Source of the DNA: the human T2T-CHM13v2.0 reference genome, Homo sapiens
Assembly: GCF_009914755.1 (NCBI RefSeq)
Contig: NC_060926.1
Length of the DNA: 64,000 bases
Reading direction: 5' to 3' (one strand)
This document shows positions 45,514 through 60,281 of this stretch, piece after piece. The notes below the pieces were generated by a model. That model saw nothing but the letters and a program-made list of their open reading frames with translations. It had not been told where the DNA came from and made no database searches. A program made the position numbers and the translations under genes. The stretch's first letter is position 1; each line of letters begins with the position of its first letter.

Positions 45514-46532
45514 GAGAAATGCAAATCAAAATCACAATGAGATACCATCTCACACCAGTTAGAATGGCCATAATTAAAAAGTCAGGAAACAACAGATGCT
45601 GGAGAGGTTGTGGAGAAATAGGAATGCTTTTACACTGTTGGTGGGAGTGTAAATTAGTTCAACCATTGTGGAAGACAGCGTGGTGATTCCTCAAGAATCT
45701 AGAACCAGAAATACCATTTGACTCAGCAATCCCATTACTGGATATATACCCAAAGGATTATAAATCATTTTACTATAAAGACACATGTACACGTATGTTT
45801 ATTGCAGCACTGTTCACAATAGCAAAGACTTGGAACCAACCCAAATGCCTATCAGTGATAGACTGGATAAAGAAAATGTGGCACATATACACCCTGGAAT
45901 ACTATGCAGCCATAAAAAAGGATGAGTTCATGTCCCTTGCAGGGACATGGATGAAGCTGGAAACCATGATTCTCAGCAAACTAACACAGGAACAGGAAAC
46001 CAAACATGGCATATTCTCACTCATAAGTGGGAGTTGAGCAGTGAGAACACATGGACACAGGAAGGGGAACATCACACACCGGTGCCTGTTGGTGGGGAGG
46101 AGGCTAGGGGAGGGATACCATTAGGAGACATACCTGATGTAGATGATGGGTTGATGGGTGCAGCAAACCACCATGGCATGTGTGTACCTATGAAACAAAC
46201 CTGCACGTTCTTCACATGTATCCCACAACTTAAATTTTATATAAATATATATTTATATATAAATATATATCTATATATAAATATATAAAAAAATATAAAT
46301 ATATATTTATATAAAAAATATATAAATATATATTTATATATATAAATATATATAAATATATATTTATATATATATAGATATATATATTTATATATATATA
46401 GATATATATAAATATATATTAATATATATTAATATATATATAAATATATATAAATATATATATATAAATATATAAATATATATAAAAATATATAAATATA
46501 TATATAAAAGAAACCCCAAAAAAAGAAAAAAC
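45514..46532 (+). mobile_element. 5'-truncated L1PA in sense orientation, with an expanded AT-rich tail
   Basis: ORF2 C-terminus (MFIAALFTIAKTWNQPKC...) and 3'UTR; TSD aaaactctatatg (45501-45513) and aaaactctgtatg (46533-46545). Confidence 0.93.
46235..46506. repeat. ~270-bp interrupted (TA)n / AT-rich low-complexity repeat
   Basis: Almost entirely A/T; units such as atataaatatatatttat. Confidence 0.97.
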
Positions 46533-46799
46533 AAAACTCTGTATGATTCCCATCACCACCATCTTCCATCCATCATTAATTTTGTCTGTTCATCTCCTAC
46601 CTTCCTCTTTCAAATTCAGCTCCAGCCACACTGGCACCCTGCTGTGCAGCAAGCACACCAGGTATTCTCCTGCCCAAGGGTCTTTGCATAGGCTCTCTGT
46701 TGTCAGAGATGTTTCCCTCAGATATGCACATGGCTAATACTCTTCCTTCAAACTTCTACTAATGTTATGTTCTCAATGATGCCATGTTAACACCCCCAG

Positions 46800-47285
46800 T
46801 AGCCGTTTTGAGGTATAATTTACATATCATAAATTTACCTGTTTTAAGTGTACAGTTAAATGATTTTTAATAAGTTGGCTGATTTGAGCAACCACCACCA
46901 TTATCCAGTTTTAGAATGGTTCCATCACCCCAGTGAGATCCCTCATGTCCACTTACAGTTAATCTTGTTCCCACCTCCAGCCCTAGTCAATCACTAAACT
47001 ACTTTCTGTTTCTATCAATTTTCTTTTCTGAACATTTCTTATGGTGGAATCATACAGTATGTGGTTTTTGTGACTGACTTCTTTCACTTAGCCTATGTTT
47101 GAGGTTCATCCATGTTGTGGCATGTATCAGTACTTCATTTCTTTTTATGGCTGAATAATATTCCATTGAATAGACATACTACGTTTTGTTTATCCATTTA
47201 CCAATTAATGGACACTTGGGTTGTTTCCACTTTTTGACTTTTATGAATAATGCTGCTGTAAGCATTCGTGTGTAAGTATTGGTAA
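46800..47285 (-). mobile_element. L1MB-like 3' end inside an L2 remnant
   Basis: ttttgaggtataatttacatatcataaatttacctgttttaagtgtacag. Confidence 0.8.
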
Positions 47286-47414
47286 TACCCCTTTTAAACA
47301 TTGTTTTTTACATTGTTTAAACATTTTTTTAAAAAAGACTTGCACCTCTCCTCTATTTTTTACTTTGCTCCACATGGTTTTTTTGCATTTCCTTTTGGCA
47401 TGCCATATAATTAA

Positions 47415-47983
47415 TGTATTAGTTATATGTTGCTATGTAAAATAATCATTCCAAAACTTAGTGGCTTCAAACAATAACATTTATTATCATAGTTTTTGGC
47501 AGCAATCTGGGTAGGTCCTTTGTCTCAGGGTCTCTCACAGGCTGTGCTTGAAGTGTTGGCTAGGGCTCTGGTCATCTCAAGGCTCGACTGGAGATGGAGT
47601 CATTATAAATGCATGCATGTAATAGTTGGCGTAGTTCAGTTCCTCATGGGCCATCGAATGGAGGGCCTCAGTTCAGTGCTGGCTGTTGTCTGGAGGCCGC
47701 CTTCAACTCCTTGCCTCTCTACAGGGCAGTGCACAAGATTCAGAGCAAGCAAGTAGGGGAGAGCAAGAAGGAGTGTGTGAGCAAGATAGAAGTCATAGTC
47801 TTTTATAACCTAATCTTGAAAGTGACAGCCCATCACTTTTGCTGTATTCTATTTGTTAGGTCCAATATCCCACCCTCCCAACACACCTACACCCCCCGCC
47901 CCTCCCCGCCACCCACACGCAGAATTACATAGGAATGTGAATACCAGAGACCGCTGGGAGCCACTTAGAGGGAGCCTACCATA
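47415..47983. mobile_element. MLT1 (F/G-like) solo LTR
   Basis: tgtattagttatatgttgct...ccaaaacttagtggcttcaaacaataac...gaagtgacagcccatcacttttgctgtattct...gcctaccata. Confidence 0.8.
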
Positions 47984-48229
47984 CTTATTGATTATGTTTA
48001 TTGTGTGTCTGTCTTCATTGGAATGTAAAATCTCATGAGGGCAGGGATCTTTGTTTTGTTCACTGGTAAATCACAAACGCCTGGAACAGTGTCTTCCACT
48101 TCATTGGTATTCCATAAACGTTTTTGAATGAATGAATGAATGAATAAACTCTCATTAAGCACAGAAAAAGTTTAGGTGCTCTTCTCTGCTAATTCTTTTA
48201 GGTTTCCCTGTCTTTTTTAGGCTAAATAA

Positions 48230-48562
<333 letters not shown>

Positions 48563-48699
48563 TCTTCGGCTTTTTCTTAAAGGTTATGATTTTAAGGTTT
48601 TACACATGATTAATGCCTTCAAATCAGCATGACTAAAATTTTTCTTATTACAAATCAAGTTGTTTGTTCAGTTCAAGGTTTTTTTCCTTTTGTAAAGTC

Positions 48700-49325
48700 T
48701 TGAATTTATATTTCAGTAAAAGACACATAACACTACATTTGCCGTCTTTACTATTTTTAAGTGTGCAGTTCAGTAGTGTTAAGTATATTCACATTGTTGT
48801 GCAACAGATCTCTAGAACTTTTTCATCTTGCAAAGGAAGCCATTAAACACTAATTCCTCCTCCCCCCAGCGCTTGGCAGTCACTTTACTATTTTATGTTT
48901 CTATGGTTTTGACTCCTTTAGATACTTCATATGGGTAGAATTGTATAGTATTTGTTTTTTTGTGACTGCTTATTTCACTTAGCATAATGTCTGAGGTTCA
49001 TCAATGTTGTAGCATGTGATAGGATTTCCTTCCTTTTTAAGGCTGCATAGTGTTCAATTGAGTGTATTTACCATATTTTACTTATCCATTCATCCATCAG
49101 TGAACATTTGGGTTGCTTCTACCTCTTGGCTATTGTGAATCATGCTACATTGAACATAGGTGTGCAACTATCTCTTTGAGATTCTGCTTTGAGTTCTTTG
49201 GGATATATACCTACAAGTGGGATTGCTAGATTATATATAATCCTATTTTTAATTTTTTGAGGAATTTCCATACTGTTTCCTTAAGGGCTGCACTATTTTA
49301 CATTCCCATCAACAGTGCATGGTTC
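48700..49325 (-). mobile_element. L1MA/MB-like 3' end
   Basis: gtgtgcagttcagtagtgttaagtatattcacattgttgtgcaacagatctctagaactttttcatcttgca. Confidence 0.85.
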
Positions 49326-50208
49326 AGACTTAAACTATGGATTGTTTTGAAATGTTAATATGTTTATATGGCTCATAAGGAAAACTTTGTTGAACTTAAT
49401 TTAGCCTCTATCCCCAGCATTTTCCTATTAAATAATCAACTTAATTGTCCTTACATAAATGGGTGTTAGGTTAATTCTTGGTGAACATGTGTTGTCTTTA
49501 GTGCTGACAGGCTCATCTGAAAACAGGAATCGCTGTCAAACTAACCAGTCTTTGGTTTTTAGAATTTGCCTTCCTGTCTCATTCCCCCTTTTTTAATAAT
49601 AATAGTGAATTTGAATATAATCCAGTTTTATGGCACCGTTTGTTACCTAATAATTTTCAAAATGTTATTCAGTGGCTCAGCTAATACTTGAGTTGTAGTT
49701 CATCTAGGTGTAGAAGTTTAAATTCATTTCAAGCAGATAGTTTGTATTTATAGTATTTTTTAAACTTTCTGTTTAATGTTACCGATATTCCTTTCTTTAC
49801 TTACAAAACCTACTACTGCTACACTTATCTCAGTTTATTTTGATTTGATGTTAAGTAGTTTGTAAACATTAGGGCAATGGTTATGGATTCAAGTGAAGTA
49901 AAGAAACTGAGAATCCTGTAACAAGGCAAAGCTTACAGCAGACCAGGCCTAGGGAAGGCCTAGTAGAAATGGTAGCTGAGTCTGTAGAAGTAAAACTATG
50001 AGTTGGAATCAGGGAAGATCAAGAAACAGGGTATAAAAGTGAGTCTTGAGGGATGAACAAATTAGAGCTTGGCATGAGGGTTCAGGAATATTAAAGGACA
50101 GCCTGCTAATGGAGGAAAAATATAGACCAAGAGTCTGGAGATAAACACTGGACCCTGGCAGAAAGAAAGGAGCTTGATTTTGAGCCAAGATTTTTTTGAA
50201 TCAGGGAC

Positions 50209-50385
50209 TGTATTAGTTTCCTATTGCTGCTGTAAAAATTACCACAAACTTGGTGGCTTAGGACAACACAGACTTATTATGTCATAGTTCTGGAGGGCGG
50301 AAGTCCAAAATGGGTCTCCCTTGGCCAAAATCAAGGGGTTGGCAAGGCTGCATGCCTTCTGGAAGCTCTAAAGGAAACCGTTTCA
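50209..50385. mobile_element. MLT1 (C/D-like) LTR fragment
   Basis: tgtattagtttcctattgctgctgtaaaaattaccacaaacttggtggctta. Confidence 0.8.
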
Positions 50386-52289
50386 GGGTACTAAAGAAAC
50401 TTGCAGATATGCTCTCTGGGACATTATCTTTGAGAAATTTTAGAGAAGCAGAAAGATCCTAGAAGACTGTTATAAATAACAACATCCTGGAGATTTTTAA
50501 AGAAATTAAGTTCAGATCTTTAAGTAGATGATTTGCAAACATTAAAATAAAAATGCAGTAGTCAATTGGAAAAATAGTTGGGTAACTGGGAAACTGTCAT
50601 GACAAACTTAGTTTACTTCTTTAAGGAAGGGTAGTATCATAAACTTAGATGATCTCATTTTCAGCGAGGCACTTGGTCATTCTCTCTTAGGATTCCACTG
50701 ACTTATGCTCCTTTCTTAGTTGTTGGGATCTGTGGAAGCGTTCCACCTAAAAGTTTGGGTATAACTCTTACCAGCCTCAGGTGTTTCGTGGAATGTCACA
50801 GGGCTTTTCCTTTGACCCCGTCTTGTTAAGGGTTTTGTTAGGGACTTGAATGAACCCATACAAAGTATGCATTTCTTTTTTCTGCTAGCACAGAGCTTGA
50901 AAAGATAGCTATTGTGCAAGATTACAGAATCAACATTAAAAATTATTTTTGTGTGCTGGAATGCTGCACCAAACTAACAAGATGCACTTTAGTAGGGCTC
51001 AGCCAGTATGGGACTAATAGATTTATGGAAAGTCTACTATGCTAGGTTTTGGGTTAAAAAAAAATAAAGTAGATCAGATATGGCCTTGGCTCCTGAGACT
51101 GTTAAAATCCAATTTGGAAGGTTTAATCTGTATCTCTAAAAGAGGAATTTGAACAATACTGGATAGATTACATCTCAAATGGAATATACAGGCTGTGTGA
51201 GCATTCAGCAGAAGAGACAATCACTGAGGAAGGGAGTAACCAAGGAAAGCCTTTACTGGCCAACTGAGCTAGACCCTGAAGGAAGGTGGACGTAGATGGC
51301 TCTCTCAAGAGAGATGTTCAGTGGGTTGTATGACTGGGGAAAACTTAGGGACATGACATATATGGGGAATAGAATTGTAAGCATATATTCAACTGGCTTA
51401 CTGATCAGTAAAACACATCTATTATGTCTTAGTGGCATTTTGCAGCATGAGGACATTTTTGTATGAAATAAATGGATATTTTTTAATTAAAACATGAAAA
51501 TAGTATATTCTCTAAATGAAACATTATAAGAATCAATAGGTTCTTCCTGATCTGAATGGAAATTCAAGTATTTTAGTTTTTTCTGGTCCAAGTAGTCCAT
51601 CTGATAAATGCTTGCTATAAAGAATCTAAGACTAGGAATGATTATTTAATCCCTTTGCATTATGCAGGTCTGTATCTGTTAGAGAGGATGGTCTTTACTG
51701 TTGTCATCACTGAATTTTTCTTTCTGCCACATACATTTATATTCTTAAAAACATTCCTGCTCTAAAAGTATGAGGCTTTGAAAAACCTGATATGCTTCTT
51801 CCTTTTACTATCAGCTGGCATGAGGAAAATGTTACCATGTAGAAGAGGAAAAGGGCTCTGATTTACTATCAGTCTTCCGACAAGTCTGCGAATTTGAAAT
51901 ACACTATTCTCCCCACCCTATGCAGACACTTTTCTCCCTGCCCCCTGAACCTCCATTTAGAAGTTTGAGCAAGCACACATTTGAAAGTAAACATTAACCA
52001 AAAAAAACCCATTCTTTATTGTCTAATTCTTTACCGTTGTATTTTTACCAAATTGTTTCTCCTTATTGCTTTGCTCATCTCTTTTAATGATTTTTAGACA
52101 TTGTAGTCCTTGTCTATGCTGGTTTTATAATGTTTAAGAAATAGTAATAATAATTATAAAACTATAATGTTTAGGAAACCCCTGTTTCTCTAAACAGGTG
52201 AAAACAGATGCATATTGGGATGCAAGCTTAATGTTAAGAATGAAGAAGACTTTTCTGCCTGCATGCTCGGAGTCATTTTTTAAAAGTGT

Positions 52290-52575
52290 ATTTATTTTAT
52301 ATTTTGTAAACATTTTCATTTTGAAATAATTATAGATATATAGGAAGTTGCAAAGTAGAGATCCTGAGTATCCTTCACTCAGTTTCCCCCAGTGGTTCGA
52401 TTTTCTGTAACTATAAAAAAATACAGAAACCAGGAAATTGACATTGGTACAATGTATGTGTATAGTTCTGTGCCACTTCATCACACACGTAATTTCCTGT
52501 AATCACTATTGAAATCAAGATGCAGATATTCCATTACCACAAAGATCTCTACTGCTACCCGTTTGAGCAGAGCTA
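52290..52575 (-). mobile_element. L1MC-like 3' end
   Basis: attttgaaataattatagat..aggaagttgcaaag...aaaccaggaaattgacattggtacaat. Confidence 0.75.
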
Positions 52576-52803
52576 TTTTTAAGATCATAATTTTAAAGTG
52601 ACGAATTCCCATAATGTAAGAACTGCTATTGAAAGTATATATCCTGTTTTGATATATCAAAAAAAGATACATCATACATTTTCTCAATGGGTAAATCCTA
52701 AGGTTTCATTTTATATTGCCACTATTATTATTATTTATTATCTCTATTTTATATTGCCTTGTTAACATTTTTGTCATGGATGTGTGTATCAGAAGAACCA
52801 GTG

Positions 52804-53180
52804 TGTCTTAGTCCATTTTCTGTTGCTTACAACAGAATACCCGAAACTAATAACTTATAAAGAAAAGGAATTTATTCCTTACAGTTATAGAAGTTGAGAA
52901 GTCCTAGGTTGAGAGGCTGCATCTGATAAGAGCCTTCTTGATATTGGGGACTCTGTGCAGAGTCCTGAGATGGTGCAAGGCATCACATGGCGAGAGGGCT
53001 AAGCATGCTAGCATGCTCGCTTAGGTCAATCTCTCTCTTCTTGTAAAGCCGCCAGTTCCCCTCTTATGATAACCCATGAATCCATTAACCCAGTAACCCA
53101 TGAAAGGCCCCACCTCTTAATACTGCCACATTGGGGGTTAAATTTCAGCATGAGTTTTGGAGAGGACAGATATTCAAACA
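52804..53180. mobile_element. MaLR solo LTR (MSTB/MSTC-like)
   Basis: tgtcttagtccattttctgttgct ... gaggacagatattcaaaca; 5-bp TSD cagtg. Confidence 0.85.
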
Positions 53181-54444
53181 CAGTGTTTATTAATTGCAAC
53201 AAAGCACAATAAGCAAATTTGTGAATTTTATTTTGATTTGTTTTGATTTCCAGAACTTAAAGTTGGCTTATCATACCTAACATTTTGATTAAAGTGTTTT
53301 TTTTTTTTGAGATATGAAATGTAAGTTTTGAGGTATTCCAAAACCATATAGTTTACATATAAAAATCATCAATGGGTGATCTGTGAGAGAAAACAGTTTT
53401 TTAAGCAACATATTTTTTCCTTAATAATGATTTATGCTTTTATAATGGGGATGTGAGACAGTTACCTTTTTTGCTTGTATCTGACCCAAATCCTAGTAAG
53501 GTTTTAAAAATCTTTGGCTTATCCATTAAGCTCTGGCAACATTAAAAATATTGTGGAGAAAAGAAAGGAGCCATTTTATGGTATCTCCTCACTTGAGTTA
53601 ATGTCTTAAGCTTCCCTCATGTCATCGTGCTGCAATATCATGTGCAAAGGGAAAGTATCTGAGCAATGTTTGAGTGTGAGCTCCTCTACACAGAGGCCAT
53701 TTGAAGATGTGTTGGAGAGGGAGAGTGATCTAGGGGGCAGGAGCTTTGGGTTTTCATTCTGCCACCCGTTCTTTTTGTGTGACTCTAGGTTTTTCCATGT
53801 GTCACTTTCCTGGAGATAACTACATTGTTGTCTGGACCTTGACACAAAGATTAAATTAGATCTTGTGTGGGAAACAGAGAGTTAAGTAAATATGGAGTCA
53901 AGTAATACAAAGTGTTATTATTACTATTAGCTTTTTTTGGTATATTCTTGTTGTAAGTTATTATAACAGGTGCTCAATAAGTGCCGCTTCAATGATTGTT
54001 CCTGTAGGATCTCTCAAAATGCTGTTAATCATAAAGTTACCATATGTGACCAATAGAGGCTGTGACCTCCAAGGTGCAGATAAAGTGTAGAGAGCAAGGT
54101 AAAAGTGAAAATCAGAAAAAGAGAGTGTTGCTTATCTTACCAGGAGCAGTTCTGATGGACTTCTGAGGATGGGAAAACAGATTTCAGAGAATTAGGCAGA
54201 GAGGTGGAGAAGAGGAAGGAAAGGCAATAGGTTTAGACAGTTTTTGGAGGAAAAAGAAAAAAGATATTGGCTAAAAGAGGCTGTCTCATGGTCATTCCCA
54301 TTAACCCGCTGACATTTATCAATCTGCTTGTGAGGAATCTTTCAGGTTTATGGTATTTGGCAGCTTACGTAGGTCTTTAGGTATTTGTGGCAGGGAGTGT
54401 TTACCTTAATGTCGGGATTAACGTTAATGGGAAAATGTCTAGAA

Positions 54445-54765
54445 CTATGCTGTCCAATACAGGAGCTTCTAGTCAAACATGTGACTATCGAGCATTTGAA
54501 ATGTGGCTAGTCTGAACTGAGATGTGTGCACGTGGGAAATACACACCAGAGTTTGAAGAATTAGTACAAAAAAACTCATTAATGATTTTTATGTTGATTG
54601 CATGTGGAAATGCTAATATTTTAGATATATTGGGATGTATTATTAGCTTTTCACCTATCTTTTTTTGCCTTTTAAATTGTGACTATTAGAAAATGTTAAA
54701 TAATCTTAAATTATATATATGGCTCACATTTGTACTTTGCATTATTTTTCTTTCAGACAGCACTG
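54445..54765. mobile_element. MER33/MER3-like hAT-Charlie element
   Basis: tgctgtccaata...gagcatttgaaatgtggctagt...gacagcactg, with tctag at both flanks. Confidence 0.75.
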
Positions 54766-55929
54766 GTCTAGCGTGATAGGAGAGGAGGGCAAGAGTTGCT
54801 AAGAGAAAGATAAAAATATCTGGGGAGCCTGGAAGTGGATGGCCTTTCCCCTACTGGCATGAGGATGTAGTAGGTGCTCTGGTCATGCCAGTCAGCCATA
54901 TATAGCAGGGCATGCAGGGACCTTCACCTATAATCTCCCTTTAATTTTTGCTGCTTGGGAGTTATGTCCTGATGGCATTTGACATGGGGATTAACATGTG
55001 GTGGCTCCTTTGAAAAGGGTGTAGTGTGGCGGTCAGATATGCTACAGTATACTCCAAGGAATTGACCATATTTGTTTAGTTTTGTTTTTAACCACACGGA
55101 ACTGTTAGGAGTTGGACATTATGTAAAATAAATGAACCATGACAGTGTCTCCCTTTTTAATTGTCTTTGTAATGGAATTTGTTGTACTGAATTTTGACTT
55201 GCATGTCAATGGAAATACTTAAGATCTTGCTTACAATAGCTTATATTTCTGGTTTTTAACCTTATTAATAAAAAGTAGTGTGTGGATACCTAAATTACTT
55301 TATACCTCAAAATATTAAAGGTGTAGATTATAACTTTTAAAATCATACTGATATTCCAAAGGAACTCTGTTACTGTTTTTTAAATAGTAGAGGTATCAGT
55401 AGGAAATTCAAGTTACTTTCAGCAGCAGGATGCATCAAGTGGAAAAGATCTTATTTTCAGGAAGCATACGAAACACAAAGGAAATCCTTTCCATTTCCTT
55501 TGCCTATACTTTTCAGAACAGCATGTGAGGAAGGACTCTAATTGCGCCCCCTTACTTATCTTTGTGAGGCCACTCATTTGTTCTGAACTGATGGGTGCAT
55601 TGCCCCATCTCTTTGGTGGCCATTTAGATGTAGGGTGCACTCCTTGCACAGTGTTATCGCCATGAAGGAAATGGACAAGTGTTGTCCAAGGACCAGCTGA
55701 GGCGGGTTTTAATGCCTTTTTTTCATGTACTAAAAGGCAAAAGACAAAAAGAATCCTACATTTCAAGTATTCTGTACGAAAACTCTTAAGGTGTTTAAAA
55801 AATTGTTTTCGGAAATGTACAAATGATGCAAGCTGTTTCCTTCCTCAGAAAAGAGTTTCCTAGTTTTTCAATTATTTTCAAGAATTCATGGTACCATTAA
55901 CTTATTTACTTCAAAGAACTGTGGAAATG

Positions 55930-56310
55930 TGTTGATTAGATCAGGGAGGCTTAACCTAAGCCAAACAGAATTCTTCCCTGGGAATTTGGAGTTAGTACTG
56001 AGGGAGTGAGATTGGTCTCTGTATGAGTAATTGGTCTGTAACATGTAAATCTGGGAACTTTTTTCTAATAACATCTGGTCAAAAGAATCAGAAGCTGGCA
56101 AATAGAAAGGAAAATGAAGTACAGAGACAGCAGAGACAAGAGACTAAGAGAAAATTCTGTGGGTATTAGAATCCTTGGAACTGAGGCCATGCTATGTTTT
56201 TATCCTTAGGTTTCATGAGATCCCTCATATCCTTTCAATAAATTCTCTTTTGTTTGTTCAAATTAGTTTGAATTGGAGTTCTGTCACTGGAAACTGAGTG
56301 TCCCGATTAA
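55930..56310. mobile_element. Old MLT1 LTR remnant
   Basis: caataaattctcttttg...tagtttgaattggagttctgtcact. Confidence 0.5.
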
Positions 56311-56564
56311 ATTACTTCCAAAGCGTCCTGTGAATATCTCTGTCAAAACACTTACCATGTCGTACTATTTTGTTTAATTGCCAGTCTAGTCAAAATAGAC
56401 TTTAAGTTCCTTGAGGACACATAGACTGTTTTGTCTTAAGTTCTCCATTATCTAGCCTAGTACTTGGCACAGTATGTGCTCAGTAAATATTTGTTCAATG
56501 AATGAATGAATGAATAATGCATGAATTGTGGACATTTTATTATATACGCTTTTAGTTTTTTTTA

Positions 56565-57680
56565 AATTCCTTAAAATTTTTTCGAATGGATAAGGTATTC
56601 ATATTATTCAAAAATCAAAGTCTATGTAAAGTAATATAGTGAAAAGTCTCCCTCCCATCTTTGTCCTTTGTCCACCCAAATCATACCACTTTCCTCCTGT
56701 CCAGGTAAGCACTAATATAAATTTTTTCTAGTATAGATTTTCAGAGTTAGTTTGTACATATATAAGCAAATACTAATATATATTCCCCCTTTTTATGCAA
56801 ATGGTAACGTATATTATGCACTGTTTTGGATCTTCCTTTTAACTCAATATAGCTCAGAGATTTTTTCTGTATAAACATATATAGAACTCCCTCATTCTTT
56901 TTTTACAATTGTATATTATTACATTGTATAATTGAATTATTATTACATCTGAACTCTATTATTGGATATTGTTTGCTTCTAATCTTTTGCTATTACAAAC
57001 AATACTGTAATAAATAATCTTGTATATATGTCACTTTGCATGTGTTCAGGTATGTCTGTAAGATAAATAATTAGAAGTGGAATTACTGGATCAAAGATTA
57101 TGTGTTCATAATTTTATTGTCAAAGTAACTTCCATAAAGTTTATACAGGTTTATTAAACCAGCAGCAATATATGAAAGTGGTTGTTTCTCCACAGTATTG
57201 TCAACAGTATATTAAAATATTTGTAGATTTCTGTCAAGTTGCACTTTTTGTCACGGCCAAGTAGCTCCTGTTGACCTAACTCTTCACAACAGCTCAGAGC
57301 TCCGAGCAAAATATAGAGCCATTTGCCTGAAAACACTAGAGAGTGATCAAAGCAGGCAGATACTGGATGGACATTGATACTTGGAAGAAGGGAAAGCAGA
57401 GCCTTGATATTATGGGATAGTATCAAAATGTTTAATATATAAGAAACGGGAGTCCTAGAAGGGGAAGAGAAAGGGAGAAGGCAGGAAAGTATTTGACAAA
57501 ATAACACATTTCCAAATATGGTGAAAGACAGAAATTTACAGATTCAAGAAGCTCAACAAACCCCATCTGGGATAAATGCAAGGAAAAACTAAAACAAAAC
57601 ATTATAGTAAAAATACTGATAACCAGACATAAAGAGAAAATCTTAAGTAACCAGAGAAAAATTATGCTTTATGTACAGTT
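56565..57680. mobile_element. Old L1ME 3' fragment (-) abutting an L1M ORF1 fragment (+)
   Basis: gaaaagtctccctcccatc...agaagtggaattactggatcaaag; then aatttacagattcaagaagctcaacaaacccc. Confidence 0.6.
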
Positions 57681-57871
57681 CCCTCTCACTGCTTTTCTTC
57701 TTTAGACTTTTCCTGCCTGGTGTTATTTATTTTTCCATGTGGTCTTTTGACTTAGCTTTAAAAAAAATTCCCTCCAAGTAATGAGCCCCCAAACCTAGAT
57801 GGTTCATTTCCTCCTGGAATTTGCTCTCAGAGCACTGTGCCCTTTGATAGCATTTATCACAGGTTATAATT

Positions 57872-58525
57872 TATTTTATTTATTTTGTATTTTACATTCA
57901 GGGGGTACACGTACAGGGTTATTACAGGGTTATGTTGTGTGATGTTAAGGTTTTGGTTTCTATTGATCTTGCCACCCAAATAGTGAACATAGTACTCAAT
58001 AGGAAGTTTTTCAACTCTTGTCCCCTTTCTTTCCTCCCTCCTTCTGGAGTCCCCAGTGTCTGTTGTTCCCATCGTTATGTGTGTGTGTGCTCAGTGTTTA
58101 GCTCCCACTTATAAGTGAGAACATGTGGTATATGGTTTTCTGTTTCTGCATTAATTTCCTTAGGATAATGACCTCCAGCTATATCCATGTTGCTGCAGAG
58201 GACATGATTTTGTTCTTTTTTAATTTCTGTGTTGTATTCTATGGTGTATATGTACCACATTTTAAAAATCCAGTTCACCACTGATGGGCACCTAGGTAGT
58301 TTCTATGTCTTTGTTATTGTGAACAGTGCTATAATAAACATATAAGTGGAGGTGTCCTTTTGGTAGAGCGATTTATTTTCCTTTGGGTATGTACCCAGTA
58401 GTAGAATTGCTGGATCAAATGGTAGTTCTATTTTTAGTTCTATGAGAAATCTTCAAACTGCTTTCCACCTGCCTGAACTAACTTACATTCCCACTAACAG
58501 TGTTTAAGTATTCCCATTTCTCCAC
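57872..58525 (-). mobile_element. L1PA/PB (older primate) 3' end
   Basis: ttacattcagggggtacacgtacagggtt...gtttagctcccacttataagtgagaacatg; TSD cacaggttataatt on both sides. Confidence 0.88.
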
Positions 58526-59778
58526 ACAGGTTATAATTGATAGGAGTGATTATTTTGATTGATATCTGACTCACCTACTAGACTATAAGCTCCAAAAGGG
58601 CAGTGGTCCTGTCTCTTTTACTCACTAGATGCCTAGCGGAGTGCCTGACACATTTTAGGCCCTTAATACATACTCGTGAATGGATGAATACACCTTGAGT
58701 CTTGAGGTTGAGCTCTGTGACTCTTTGTTACTCTCTCAATAACTGTAGGCAAGTTTCTTGACTGTTCTAGGCCTCAGTTTTTTCATTTCTAAGTATAAAT
58801 GAATTGTATCTACCAAGCAGGGTTTTGGGATAATTAAATGACATATCTTAGAAAACATTTTGTAAATTATAAAATTCTAGTTAGACTAACTTTGACTTTC
58901 CTTTTCACATTTAGTGTATATGTATGCATGTGCTAAGGAACAATCTCCAGATTTAGGCTCACTGGTTTTCAGAGTCCATTTGAAGAATCAGCCTTACCAG
59001 TTTGTCACCCAGCTAAAGTTATAATCACTTGAGTGTTTCTTAGCTTTTAGCTGTCTAAGTGGTAAGAGCAGTCAATTTCAGATAAAAGCTTGTTTGTTGA
59101 CAAGGGAAGTGCCTCTAAGAAAGGAAGTAAAATTTTCCCTTACAGAACAACCTGAACTTGGACTCCATTCTGCACAAAATGTCTACCTGTCACTTCTAAA
59201 AGGAGAAGAAAACTGTCACAGCTGTGATTACCAAAAGCAAAGCTTAGACTTAATAAATTGCCAAAACTCAGAGTCTTGTTAGTTTAAGTTGCTTGCCAAC
59301 GTACTATAACTTGAAAAAAGGAAAGATGCACATATTTATTGCTAATGCTGGGGAAATTGCCATTAAGACAGTTGGCAGAAAGGCTGACATTTTAACAGTC
59401 ATAGGTTAGATAATTTTCTGCATCTATCCAAGAGAAGATTTTGACCAAGGACTGACAAAAAAAAAAATCAAATTATTCTGTTCACTTGGCGGCATCTAAA
59501 TGTCTCATTTTCAGCTTACAGGAAAGATTGCTGTGAAAGCAATCTTTGACATTACAACTGAGTGACCATAAATTGCTTGAATAGCTGTTGGAAATTCAAA
59601 TATAAAACCACATGAAAAGTCATTATCTGAGGTAGAACAAGGATTTTTCACTTGTTTTGCTCTTCATTTACAGTTTATAACTTAATTTTACATTAAGATT
59701 GTTTTAAAATTATCATGTACTCAGTTTCACAGAAGATGATTAGCTTATAGGTCATAAGGAAAATCAGTGCCAGAATGA

Positions 59779-60112
<334 letters not shown>

Positions 60113-60281
60113 GAAAAACTGAATTCTTGAGTCTTAGCGTTCAACATTTCCAGTGCTGTCAGAAACAAGTGCTGAGTTTTCTTTGTTCTTCCAATGGCAA
60201 AATAAGGAATGTATGATAGGCTTGAAAGTTGGCAATCATAAAGTGCTTTTTATGGTTTCCCAAATTCCCTTCATAGTATTG

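Noticed and set aside
50400-51000. Possible L3/CR1 remnant; also a possible hAT remnant at ~27880-28090 and several L2/MIR traces
   Set aside because: Too diverged to name or bound reliably by eye.
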